Below are positions 24,846 through 35,376 of a stretch of DNA of 64,000 bases, in pieces. The notes below the pieces were generated by a model. That model was not told the DNA's origin. It was given only the letters and a program-made list of their open reading frames with translations, and searched no databases. The DNA comes from Amoebophrya sp. A120 (taxonomy: Eukaryota > Protista > Dinoflagellata), in the NCBI GenBank assembly GCA_905178155.1, contig CAJINV010000003.1:9679979-9743978 (forward strand), read 5' to 3'. How positions within the stretch are numbered: the stretch's first letter is position 1; each line of letters opens with the position of its first letter. The position numbers were made by a program, and so were the translations under genes.

Positions 24846-26833
24846 CACATGGGCGCACCCGGGGCAATTTTAGCAGTGGCCGGCCATCGCTCTGAGGCCA
24901 CTGTCGCCGCTCTCCTCGTAGAACTACGACCAAGAAACGGACGGGGTTGCCATCTCGCCCACGAAACCTGAGCGAGCCACCCAAGCGAACTGCCTAGCTT
25001 CCCCCAGGGGGCAGGACTCGTGAGCGCTAGGGCCGGCGGCGGTGCGCGAGGCAGTCGCGCAACGCATCACATACATATGAACTCCTCGCCCGACCGGGCG
25101 GTATGGTAATCAATCGCTGCGCTTTTCGTCTGCGATGTCAAACGCGCGCCGCCTGCACTTCCACGACCGCGCGCAAAACGGGGTCACGGCCCTGGCTTTT
25201 CGCGGTCCGCGACCGAAGGCGAATGCCTGAACGGGGGGGCGCACAGCCTTCGTCTTGGGCCGCGCCCCCAAGGTGCGGGTCGGGCTCCTGGCTATGCGGG
25301 GGCGGCCATGCGCAAAGCCAAACGCTTTGGCGCGCCATACCGTCGCGCCTACTTAATAAAATTTTGCCTCGCAGTGCAATAAAATTTTGCCCCGCAGTGC
25401 ACGGCGCACGCCTGCTTTTTGCCTGTTTTCGTTTGTGCTTTTTTCGTTCATTTCGTGCATTTCTTCGGCGGGTGCTTTCGCAGCTCAAAAACGGGGAGCA
25501 CCCGCTTCATCAGGCGGAGGCCCCCTGCCCAAAAATGGCAAAACGTTGCGCCTCTTTTCGGACGCAAAGGTCGGCCCTTTCCCACCTTTCCCGGGCGGGA
25601 TGCTGCGGCTTCGGCGCGTCGTTGCCCGGCCACTCGGCTGACCCCGGGCCCAGCTTCGCAAGCACTCCCCTCGGAGGAGCTGCCCCACCTTGGGGGGCGT
25701 CGCTTCGTTCCGTCTAGGTCTCCCGCAAAGTAATCCGCCTTCGCCCCGTTGCTTCGTAAATGGGAAGGGTATAGTTTTTTATATTCGAACGGGGTAACAA
25801 ATTCAAAGCGAGTAGTTGCAGGCCAACTTGTCATTGCAAATGCAAATTAAAATAAAAATCAATTTGCAATTTCAAAAAATAAAGAACTACTTTTTTTTCA
25901 GTCCACGAACCACGGGACCCCATGGGGGAATTCGCTTCTCGCAAAAAATAGAACTTCTTTTTTACACTCCCGCCCGCTTAAAAACTGCCGGGCGTTTTGC
26001 AGTCAAAAAAGCCGCCAGCAGATTGATTGGAAAGCTCGTAACCTCACTATATGCGATTGACTCAAAGCCGAAGCCGATTACACATCTTCACATTTCCTAA
26101 GAAGTCTAAGCCGAAGACAGAATCACTTTAGACCACGTGCTAGTGGTCCGCCATTTTTTGCGAAGGACAGGAGCAAAAAGCCGCCAGGTTGAAACGTTCG
26201 GGACTTCACACAACGCGCGATATTTTTCGGGGCATGTATTTATACGAGTAGGCCTCCCCCGAAGTGGTTAGCTTTACATGCGCGAACAGATTCTTCTTAC
26301 TCCAGTCTCAAGAACAAAGTGCCTCTGGCTGCTCTGTCAGCGTCGACATCAACAGCACCATATCGACGTGAATCGCAGCGACTTTGTACAAATATTGTAA
26401 CTTTGCCCACTGCTCATCTTCATGCGCTCGTCTACGCTTTTCGCATGTAGATGCGGCTAGGGCTATGGTCAGGTTTCGCTCTTGCACTGCTCGTTAGTCT
26501 TTATGACGCATCAGCTTTAGACTATTATATATAAGGGGGGCGTGATCGCGCGACGATTTAGTCAGCCATACACCTATTTCATTTGGGCCACGGAAGCAGT
26601 GGCGCTGGCAGCACAGCGAAGCCTCTTTAGACATCTTCAGCAGATTATGAACCTGCGAACACCAGCCCGGATGGTGAGCCGATGTTTTGCGACGCGACAC
26701 ATAGACGAGTTTTCCATGAGATTCAGCTGACGCGCCTGCAACTCTTGCAGTTCTAGTCTATGCAGCTACGAGGTAATGCTATGTTGAATGCATCCCTTTA
26801 TAATTTGCGTGAACAAAGAACCACCTCATCCGG

Positions 26834-28777
26834 TCATGCGGGCCCAAGATCCTTCACGCCGTGAGTGGCGAGACAAGCGAGCATGTCAGGTGAAAACCAC
26901 TGATGGCGAAGTCCCTCCGTCATGTTCTTCAGGCCGTGGCCAAGTGGGTGAATGCCGGTCTTTGAGGCCCACCAATCCGGCGCCCATGCGTCTTCTTTCG
27001 CCAAGATTCTAACACGCAGACCGGGGATGACACGAGCTGGATGCAGCAAGGTGTCCAGTGGTTCACTGCGGAGCATCATTGTGGCCACGCTTTCTGAAGA
27101 TGGTTCCGGTCTTCCTCCACTGCGGTAAGCTGCATCGCTGAGTTGGCTCGCATTCGTGGGAATCTGGGGCCCTGCTCGTGCCATTGAGCTCACGTTAGCC
27201 AATAAGCTAATGAGCTCTTCTCTTTGTGATGCGTTCGAGTGCAAAGCTGCTGCAACCAGCGTAGTATTGTCATTTTCCGACCTCGAATGAACGACAAATG
27301 CGGGACTGGTTTGCAGCAACAGCCCTCCAGCCCTCTTCTCGAACTCTTTTCCTGTTCGGTCCAGCGGCGTGGAACCCATACCGAGGTGTTCGCGGACGCA
27401 CTTCAAAACGTTCGCATATGGTGTCAGGTTACTCACGTATGCTGTCAATGTCGCAAACTTTTCCTGGCAGTGGGACATGGGAATTCCAAGTGCCTCGGGC
27501 ACAGCTAGGTGAATAGCGCCGTTGTCCGCAGAGCTGTACCCCTGTGGCCGCTCCTGCTCCCACGATGCCCACTGGCGCAGAAACCGCCGCGCCCTCGGCG
27601 TGTTTCGCACCATCAGGGCTCCTGCCATGAGCTCGTTATGCTGCTCTAGGCCCCACGCCCTCTCAAAAAGCATTACATCGACTGGATGAAATTGATCTGC
27701 ATCCACCTCCGGCACGCGGCGTCCGAAATCCGTAATCTCAATGTCTGATTCTTCCACGCGATCTGAAGGGGTGTCCCCTCTAGCAAACTTTGGGAATGGG
27801 GACGGAATCCCGCCCTTCGCAATCGAGATGTTCGAATGCAAGGGGACCCCAAGAGCGAGCCCTGCCCATCGGCGTAGACTCAAGTCGAAACCGCGCGCAC
27901 CAATATCAGAGTCCAAAGCGAAATAAAGTCCGGATGGCCCTCCCGGTCTGTCGTCCTCTTCTCTCTTAGAATCCAGATAGGCCGCTAGTAAGCAGTGGCG
28001 GAGGAAAAAAACATCTTGCGTCTTTCGCAAGCATCCCTCTCGCGTCTCTGGCGCGGCGTTACGGGCCCACGAAGCTGCCGTCTTGCTCAGCGAAAACACG
28101 TGAAACTGATATCCGAGTTTGTCTGCGTAGCAACGCAAACTCGCCAGCTGACCCTTATATTTGAGCTGAAATTCTTCATTCGCAAAGACCACCAGCTCGA
28201 CCTTGTAGAAGGCCTTCGCGCCGTCAAAAATTCGACGAACTTCATCATCTTGAGCAACGCGGTTCAGTTCGCTCGCGCCGTTTTGGAAAAGCCTGAAGGG
28301 ACTTTGCTGGTGCAAGCTCACGGCTGAGGTTCTCCTTGGCTGGGATGCGACGCTCATGGCACCCGCCGTCGCGGTCCCAGTCGCTTCTTCAGGCATTGTT
28401 GTTCTCGACGTCGCTATTTTTGCAGTGCTGCTCTGCATGGTCTCCTCGCAACAACCATTTTGCTGTTCTTTCTGCTGTTGCTCTTCCGCTTCCCTGCCAT
28501 CAACGAGCCGCTCCACGAGAAACTCCGGAGCGCCATCCTCCCCCAAGAAAGTCGAAACTTCTTCGCGCCGAATAAGCTTGCGACTGCCATGTGTGGCGGG
28601 CACATCCGCGCTGGCACACACCGAGGCTCCCTGTTGGTAAAAAACCCCCAAAGCTCCAAGGACAGTCATCAACCTTGTTCGTGCAAAGGCTAGCACGGGC
28701 ACGAACATTATGTGTATGCGTCCACTTTTTGCTAGTAATGCGACGGCGATCATTGCCTTGGTCTTATATATTTCCAC
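26834..28777 (-). CDS. DUF273-like nucleotide-diphospho-sugar (GT-A) transferase, intronless, with an N-terminal hydrophobic anchor
   Basis: 647-aa ORF with SLRCYA..GY, FFLRHC, DxD (LDSDIG), ELMAG..VRNT..ARRFL..WA and SADNGAIH, matching the remembered DUF273 motif order. True start uncertain. Confidence 0.75.
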   Translation of the reverse strand: MEIYKTKAMIAVALLAKSGRIHIMFVPVLAFARTRLMTVLGALGVFYQQGASVCASADVPATHGSRKLIRREEVSTFLGEDGAPEFLVERLVDGREAEEQQQKEQQNGCCEETMQSSTAKIATSRTTMPEEATGTATAGAMSVASQPRRTSAVSLHQQSPFRLFQNGASELNRVAQDDEVRRIFDGAKAFYKVELVVFANEEFQLKYKGQLASLRCYADKLGYQFHVFSLSKTAASWARNAAPETREGCLRKTQDVFFLRHCLLAAYLDSKREEDDRPGGPSGLYFALDSDIGARGFDLSLRRWAGLALGVPLHSNISIAKGGIPSPFPKFARGDTPSDRVEESDIEITDFGRRVPEVDADQFHPVDVMLFERAWGLEQHNELMAGALMVRNTPRARRFLRQWASWEQERPQGYSSADNGAIHLAVPEALGIPMSHCQEKFATLTAYVSNLTPYANVLKCVREHLGMGSTPLDRTGKEFEKRAGGLLLQTSPAFVVHSRSENDNTTLVAAALHSNASQREELISLLANVSSMARAGPQIPTNASQLSDAAYRSGGRPEPSSESVATMMLRSEPLDTLLHPARVIPGLRVRILAKEDAWAPDWWASKTGIHPLGHGLKNMTEGLRHQWFSPDMLACLATHGVKDLGPA

Positions 28778-29489
28778 GCGAACAAAGACAAACTCGTCCT
28801 CCTACCTACTTTCTTTAGTTCAGTTGTGTAAAAGTATGAGAATAGGCGAAGTACCACTGAGGGCAGTGATGCGCCATTTCAATATTCGCGCCGCGCCGAG
28901 AGGAGTAATCCATCTCCATCTCTGCCCGTGAAACACCATTTGCCGCCTTGGTAAACAAGCGCTCTCATCTCGACGCCTCTCCCGAAACCACACGGACCGA
29001 CGTCGCAAACGAAGCCGAGCACTGTCTTGAAACAGGTGCAACAAGATTGGAACAATAGAGAGGCAGCTCGCGTTCCATGCCATAAATATCGACAGACTCC
29101 ACGCCCAAAAAAACCGACCGCGCGATGCAAGTTTTTGTACATTTTTCCTACTCAGCATCAGCATTAAGCTCAAGGGCTGCAGTCACGTCACTGGGTGGGT
29201 GGCAGGTCGCTATCTTTCTATCACCCTAGCCGGGCGGTAACATGGCTAGAAGCGAGTAGATGATACCTAACCCGAGCCCCTAGGTAATAGTAGAGGTAGT
29301 GCCTGTCCGAACGGGAACACCCGTTCAGTACAAACCTAAGCTGCAGTACTTCCATTAATCTTCCTGAGTATGTAAGAACCAATCCACGCGGCGTGCGCCG
29401 CGTGGGAAAAAGTATATACATCATTCAGGTTCGACGCAGTTGATTTCAAATCAAAGCGCATGGCCCGCAGCCCTCTGATAGAATTAATA

Positions 29490-30000
29490 GCCGGAAAACT
29501 TCCCCGAAGACTTTCGAGGCGTGGCAGCGCGGGAATTTCGCAAACGCGCCGCGCGTGAACGCATGGGTCACAAGTGGCCTGCCTTCTGTCTGGAAAAGTT
29601 TTTGAGAAACAAGGGGCCTGCCTTCCGTCGAGAAACATACGGGGCGAAGAGTCCGCGACTTCTTACTTCGGGAAAGTTTTCGCTTTGTCTTCGAAAGTCG
29701 GACTCGGAGCCAAAAAGTGCGCGCTTTCTTGGAAACATGAGAAGTCACTGACCTTCAACTTCTGGAAAGTTTTCATTCTGGAAACCACTGACTTCTCATT
29801 TCTGCAAAGATTTCATTTTGGAAAAGTGAAACACTTCCGAAAAGTTTGTTTTCATTTTGGAAAAGTGAGGAGTCGCTGCCTTCTCACTTTTGAAAAATTC
29901 TCACTCTGGAATCGGAGTCGCGTTCACTCTTCCCAGAGTGAGAAATTTCGAAAAATGCGAAGTCAATGACTTCTCGCTCCGTTTCGCGAAGGTCTTCGAG
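29490..30000. repeat. Repeat-derived segment rich in GAAAAGT/ACTT motifs with an imperfect inverted repeat
   Basis: TTTCATTTTGGAAAAGTGA x2 (29811, 29850). CGAAGACTTTCGAG at about 29505 is inverted as CGCGAAGGTCTTCG at about 29985. Confidence 0.5.
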
Positions 30001-30227
30001 CTCCCGAAGCCCAGAATCGCGAGGGCAGTGCGCGAAGCATCTGAACGCGAGCGATACCCAGTCGGGCTCTTTTCACACGGCGAAAAGTAAGCGCCCGACT
30101 GGCACCGGTGCCTCTGCTAAAGAGGGCGCGCCTCCGCTTGGCGTCAGCCGGAACTTCATCACGAGCCGGGCGCAGTTTGAGTCAACGCTGGAGCCTTTTG
30201 CTTGTGTTTAAACAGCGCAAAGTTAAC

Positions 30228-30935
30228 AAAACCTTCAGAAGGCAGCTTCAGAAGGTTTTGAAAGCATAATCTTCAGAAGCTCTTCAGGAAGATTTTTTGA
30301 CCTTCAGAAGGTCAAAAAAAGCTGCGTCATTTTTTTCGCGTTTTTTGATAAAAAGTGGCAATTTTCGTTTTCCACCTTCAGAAGGTTTTGAAAAAACGAC
30401 CTTCAGAAGGCCAAAACCTTCAAGAAGGTCAAGAATTATTTTTGGCAAACCTTCAGAAGGTTTTTTGGGTCAAAAATCTTCTGAAGGTTACAACACACCT
30501 ACTGAAGGTATGAGTCTTCTGAAGGTTTTCAAAAAAGGCGAAATTTGTGCAATTCAGGACCTGACTCCGTTTCAGTTTTGCGCATCAAAAAAAGTGTTGA
30601 CTTTTGGATCTTCTGAAGGTTTTCTGATTCTTCTGAAGATTCTTCAGAAGGTTTTTCTTCTGAAGGATGTTATGACTTTTTTCCTTATAGTCCTTCAATT
30701 AGTACCAGTCCACATGGGGCAGATACCGTCGAAACCGAAAGCCCTTAGAATATAAGTAATTCCTTCACGCGACTCTAGACAAGCCAAAAGGCCGTACGAA
30801 TATCACCACCATTGACTTCTGGCGAACAGGCAACACGCGGCAGAAGCCAAGCTGGTAGCTCTATATTGTTTTTTGAACCGTCAGAAGGTCTTTCGATTCT
30901 TCCGTGGATTCTCCTGAAGTTTTACGTTCTGAAGA
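30228..30935. mobile_element. CTTCAGAAG-motif element, copy 1 (subterminal-repeat/foldback type)
   Basis: Many CTTC(A/T)GAAG motifs, mostly the A form before about 30470 and the T form after it. Shares CTTCAGAAGAATCAG and CTTCAGAACGT (inverted) with 43150-43590. Confidence 0.7.
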
Positions 30936-30980
30936 GTCTCACTGATTTTTCCCCTAGAGTACTTCTATTTGTCCATGAAT

Positions 30981-32555
30981 TTATGGGGCCCTGTCCCCCT
31001 CGGACGGACAGAGCGACATGTTTGTCGTTTGCGATCGTTCTGTCATAAGGCCTTGCACGAAATAGCACTGAGGTATCTTTTGCAAACTCTTGCTCCATAC
31101 TTGCACGCTGGTAGAACCCAAATCGAAGTACAATCGCACATTTTTTGACTCTAAGGCTTTATCTGCAAAGACGAGGAACCCATCGCAGGCGGAGACAGTC
31201 CGAGCAGCACCGCGCAGAGGTTTCTGCTTTTTCCTCGCTGACCTATATCTGCCGCTATTCTTTACATCGGCACCTATCATGCACTTCGTTCGCAAACTTT
31301 CGCCTTCGTCCGCAGCTTCTGCTTTCGTCATTTCATTCTCGTGCCGTATATTCCTCTGGTACAAAAAGAAGGGGCACGCCACTGCTGGTGGGAGCTGTCT
31401 CTCGAAGAAGTTCTGCACTTGGCTCATACTCGCTCTGTGGACCGACCTGACCAGCACTGAGACGGTTTTTGACTTCTGTTTCTGTAGCGCGTCAAGAAGA
31501 ACCACCTCGCTCACACAACGGCAGGCGTGGTGCGTGGTGAGCGTCATGACAAAGGTTTCTCCGTCATTCACCGACCAAAGCAGAGAGTGCACCAATTGCA
31601 CATCCCTGGCGATTTTGTTTGCATGGATGTAAAAATCCCAAGGGGAAGTTCGCCTTCTTTCTCTTTGCTCTCCTGCGTTTTCTTCGGCTTCGCCATCACC
31701 TTCGCATCTTTCTGCCTGAACGCGTCCCGAGCTACCCCCCGCCTTACGAAGCCCGGATTCCGTGGGCGCATGAGCCAGTGACGTTACCGCGAGGGACGTA
31801 CTTCGCGTCTTGCTCGTGCTCTCGCTGTAATTACCATCACTATGGGGGACTGAACTCAGATCGCACCCAGACCGTGCTGGCGTACACGAGCCAAGGACAT
31901 TGCGCGACTTGATCGCTGTAATCCAATTTGACGCTACAGCGGATCCGAGGAGCCTAGAGACCTCACCAGATCGTACATCCGTCGACCGAGGTTCAGGGTG
32001 TTCGTATGTGCTGTCTGGAAACGAGCATGCCGATGCGAAACCAGGCCCGTCTGTGACGCAAATTCTTGTGTCTTCTGTCGCTGCTGCCCCAGCTTGGGCC
32101 TGCGCAGCGCACGCGAAATAATTCATCCGCACGTTGGCTTTGCAATGCCGGATCACATTCTCGCATAGGAACCGATAAACGGGTTGCGGGAGCTTGACCA
32201 TGTCCTTTTTCTGTCGCTTCGCTGCTGGGGCTGCAACCCCTACCTCGTGCGACTTCTCATGCGAGCAGACACTTTCCTCGTCGTCTTGCAAGTCCTCGAC
32301 GCCGGATCGCGAAACCGGCAACGTGCCTTCCAACGTGTTTACTCGTCCGGGGCCGTGTGCTAGTTCCACCGCTGATCTTTTTAGCGAATGCTTCAGCGTC
32401 TGCTTTCTCGGCAATGCCTGCGCGATGTCAATACTGGTTGCACAGGGCGGCATAATGCCAATAATAGCCACCGGGGTGGGGTCAGTAAGGTGGTCGGGAG
32501 CGTTTTCTTGCCTTGACCCGGCAGCACTCGGTCCGCGCCCACAGCACGCTGACAA
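30981..32555 (-). CDS. Hypothetical protein (524 aa)
   Basis: Long ORF on the gene-bearing strand with normal coding-like composition. No family recognised. Confidence 0.65.
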   Translation of the reverse strand: MSACCGRGPSAAGSRQENAPDHLTDPTPVAIIGIMPPCATSIDIAQALPRKQTLKHSLKRSAVELAHGPGRVNTLEGTLPVSRSGVEDLQDDEESVCSHEKSHEVGVAAPAAKRQKKDMVKLPQPVYRFLCENVIRHCKANVRMNYFACAAQAQAGAAATEDTRICVTDGPGFASACSFPDSTYEHPEPRSTDVRSGEVSRLLGSAVASNWITAIKSRNVLGSCTPARSGCDLSSVPHSDGNYSESTSKTRSTSLAVTSLAHAPTESGLRKAGGSSGRVQAERCEGDGEAEENAGEQRERRRTSPWDFYIHANKIARDVQLVHSLLWSVNDGETFVMTLTTHHACRCVSEVVLLDALQKQKSKTVSVLVRSVHRASMSQVQNFFERQLPPAVACPFFLYQRNIRHENEMTKAEAADEGESLRTKCMIGADVKNSGRYRSARKKQKPLRGAARTVSACDGFLVFADKALESKNVRLYFDLGSTSVQVWSKSLQKIPQCYFVQGLMTERSQTTNMSLCPSEGDRAP

Positions 32556-33631
32556 GCGGCCGCATTTTCAAATGCAGCCCGGTCCTCATGAAGATACAGG
32601 TAGCCCACAAACCGGGAAGTCGGAAACACGGGGCGGGCTCGAAACGGCTCCCCTGTTTAACATCCTACCAGGGCACCCTGTACTCACCTGTTTACCTTTT
32701 TTTATGCCCGCGGCACGCCCCGCGGGGAAGTGGCCGAATTATAGTATGCCGGGCATTAGCTAGACAAATACTCAAGCAGTTCGGCAACTTTACTCGCAAA
32801 GCCACCCTCCTGCCCCCGCACCTCTTGCCACCGCGCCTGTTGGGAGTGGCAACATGGCAGCGCTCTACCACAATAGCAATAGGCGGGGGCACCAGGGTCC
32901 TGCCCGATGCAACAAGAGCCACTCGATCGAATAAGGTCAGAAGAACAAGCGCGACCGCAGACACTTACACTTCTTCCCCCTCGAACGGAGGGCCTCCGGT
33001 TCCCGAGCTCTGCAAGAACGAACTCGGACCCCCCGACTCCGGAGCGCAGCGCCCACGTTTCGGGAAACCCGAAGTCCCTCCGTGCGCTCAGCGACGCCCT
33101 ATCACGCGGAGCGGTACCTTCAAAGGGATTGCCATTGCCTGGGCTTTGACGCTTTTCCTCCTTAGATAGATACTCCATACCGCAGCGCGCCTTTTCCTTT
33201 TGCCATTTTTTCATAAATAAATTTATACGCAGCTGCGCTCCGGTCGAAACTGCACCAGCTTTGCCGACCGGGGAACTATTCAAAAAACATCTGCCAGATT
33301 TCATGTGTTGGCGTCTTCCCTTTTTGCCTACATTTGGCTGGGCCGAACGGTCACAATCCAAGGCAGCAGACCTTTGGTGAAGACGCCACTACATTTCACA
33401 AGTTTCCTGCGTCGCTGTCGCAATCTTCGGTAGAATGTTTAAGCACCGCCACAGCACGTTTAAGCACAGCCACAGCACTGCGCGGGCTTTTGTGTAACAG
33501 ATCCGATGCCACCGATCTTGAAGCTGGCCACTTCGCGTCTTTTCATTTGGAAAGAACATCCGCGACGGCTGAATTCCACTACTCAAGTCGGCGGCCGGTC
33601 TCAAGCACAAAAAAACTCGTAAATTACGACC

Positions 33632-34228
33632 TTACTGACCTCGCTGCATACCAGAGCCATGGGCTGCAGAGCAAGAAGAACGCGACTGCTGGTCCTCCCG
33701 GTGTAGTAGCGCCGCTGCTTCTCTTGCAGACTGCTGTCGCTGCTTTTCAAGGTCGTAAAAAGGACTGTCGACACTGCCGTGATGGCCCGGGTTTTTTACG
33801 TCCGCTTCTGTGCACATACGAAACTGGATCTTCTTCTGTCCGTACAATCCTAGCACCGGAGCCTCTGTCGTGCGCCACACGGCCTCTGGATCGGCAACGA
33901 GAGTGGAGGAAGAACTTCGCCCGGCGGTGAGGCAGTACTCGAACTGGTCGTGCGTGCTTGGTAGCACTTTCTCGACCGCTTTTCTCAATTGTCCGGGGTT
34001 GTTGTACACGATGTTTAGCGACGAATCGTCTAGCCATTCAAATCTCTTCACTCGGGCTTTGCCGAAGGCACTCTTGCGCAGGTCTTGGGTCACGCAGGAC
34101 TCCACCCCAAAGAGGTGCAGCACAGATGGGCGTACCGGTGCATGACTCACGAACGGTCGGCGATCCATAATGAAGCGCTGTCTACGGCTCCGATAGGGAC
34201 CCACACCGGTAGCAGGCTTTGAACGCAC
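33632..34228 (-). CDS. NCBP3: Nuclear cap-binding subunit 3 (DUF2414)-like RRM protein, partial
   Basis: RPSVLHLFGV..TQDL..FEWLDDSSLNIVY and RMCTEADVK match the NCBP3 pattern 'RPxxxHxxGVD..EWIDDxSxNxV..RxATxxDxK'. Terminal exons unresolved. Confidence 0.7.
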   Translation of the reverse strand: MRSKPATGVGPYRSRRQRFIMDRRPFVSHAPVRPSVLHLFGVESCVTQDLRKSAFGKARVKRFEWLDDSSLNIVYNNPGQLRKAVEKVLPSTHDQFEYCLTAGRSSSSTLVADPEAVWRTTEAPVLGLYGQKKIQFRMCTEADVKNPGHHGSVDSPFYDLEKQRQQSAREAAALLHREDQQSRSSCSAAHGSGMQRGQ

Positions 34229-34857
34229 AACTTCTGCCGATGCTCAAGGCAAAGGGCACAACATCACGAGAAGTGCCTGGGCCATTATCTCCATCGCCAT
34301 TTAGGGATCAACACTAACATCTTCGAAATCTTCCAAGCAACTAGAAGACATATTTATACTTTAAGATTATAAACTTCTTCGACCGCGTGCCTGCTTTGCC
34401 ATCGAGAGAGTAATCTCTTTTCATGAAGATACTGGCATCAGATTTCAAAACTCGTCGCGACAAGAGAAATACAACAAAATAAAGTATCCTAAAACCATTA
34501 TAGAAAAAACGTACTTAAAACTAAAACTAATAGAGCGCACCTAATTCGCTGATTATTTCATTTAGATTTTTCAGAGAGCGGAAAGGAAGGAGCATGGTAA
34601 ACCAGAAAGAAAGCGAGGAAAGAGCAGGCGGGGACTCGCTTGTATGCATTCTGGTGGTTAGCTGGATTTTATCTTTGTGAACGTCAATCGATCATGATCT
34701 GCGGCCATGTCCATTCGGGCTTGTTCGTTATTGTGCGCATGCGCAATGATTTTTACTGGGGAGCCTTGAAGTTCCAACGACATGGAAGGAGATCAGCTTC
34801 TTACCATTTACATCTCTTTCATTTTGTGGAACAAAATAGATTCAGTTTTTCAGTCCG

Positions 34858-35097
34858 CCGAGACGGGACCCCGAAAGGCGAGTTTACCTATACCTAGCGT
34901 GGGACAGAGAGGTTCCCGGGTACCCCAAAAACATGCATAAAAAAACTAGAACTTGATGCGCGTTTCAAATTCTTTAAATCCCCCGAGGCGGGACCCTTGC
35001 GGGCAAATTCGCATACCCAGCGAGGGAGGATGCGGCTCCCGGGTACCCCAGAAAAAGGGCACCTTCTGTCTGCCGAAACGGGACCCTTACGGGCAAA
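34858..35097. repeat. 2.3 copies of a ~74-bp direct repeat (CCGA..CGGGACCC...TCCCGGGTACCCCA); related fragment at ~25895-25921
   Basis: Units start at about 34858, 34983 and 35073. TTTTTCAGTCC..ACGGGACCCC is shared with about 25895. Confidence 0.75.
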
Positions 35098-35269
35098 CGC
35101 AATCGATCCAGTGTGATTTTTTCTGGTATTTCATTCTGGAACTAGGTAGACGGCTCGCACTTCAATAAATCAGCCTAGCAGTTCTTCTCCGTCCCACAGT
35201 TGTAGGAGGATGCAATGAAGATCTTGATCTGAATACCAATGCATTTCGTGCTGATGCTCTGAGCGACTT

Positions 35270-35366
35270 TCGTCTGGTCCGCGGGCCGAGTCCCAGGTTC
35301 GCAGATTCTCTGGTCCGTAGGGTCCCTGGTCTGACCAGGATCCGCTCTCTGGTTTACCCAGATACC
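35270..35366. mobile_element. Right end of a MULE-like MITE (same terminus as at 53328 and 43145)
   Basis: CTGGTC(C) subrepeats ending GGTTTACCCAGATACC, compared with GGTCTACCCGGATACC at 53313-53328. Left end not clearly found. Confidence 0.5.
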
Positions 35367-35376
35367 GACTTCCTAC

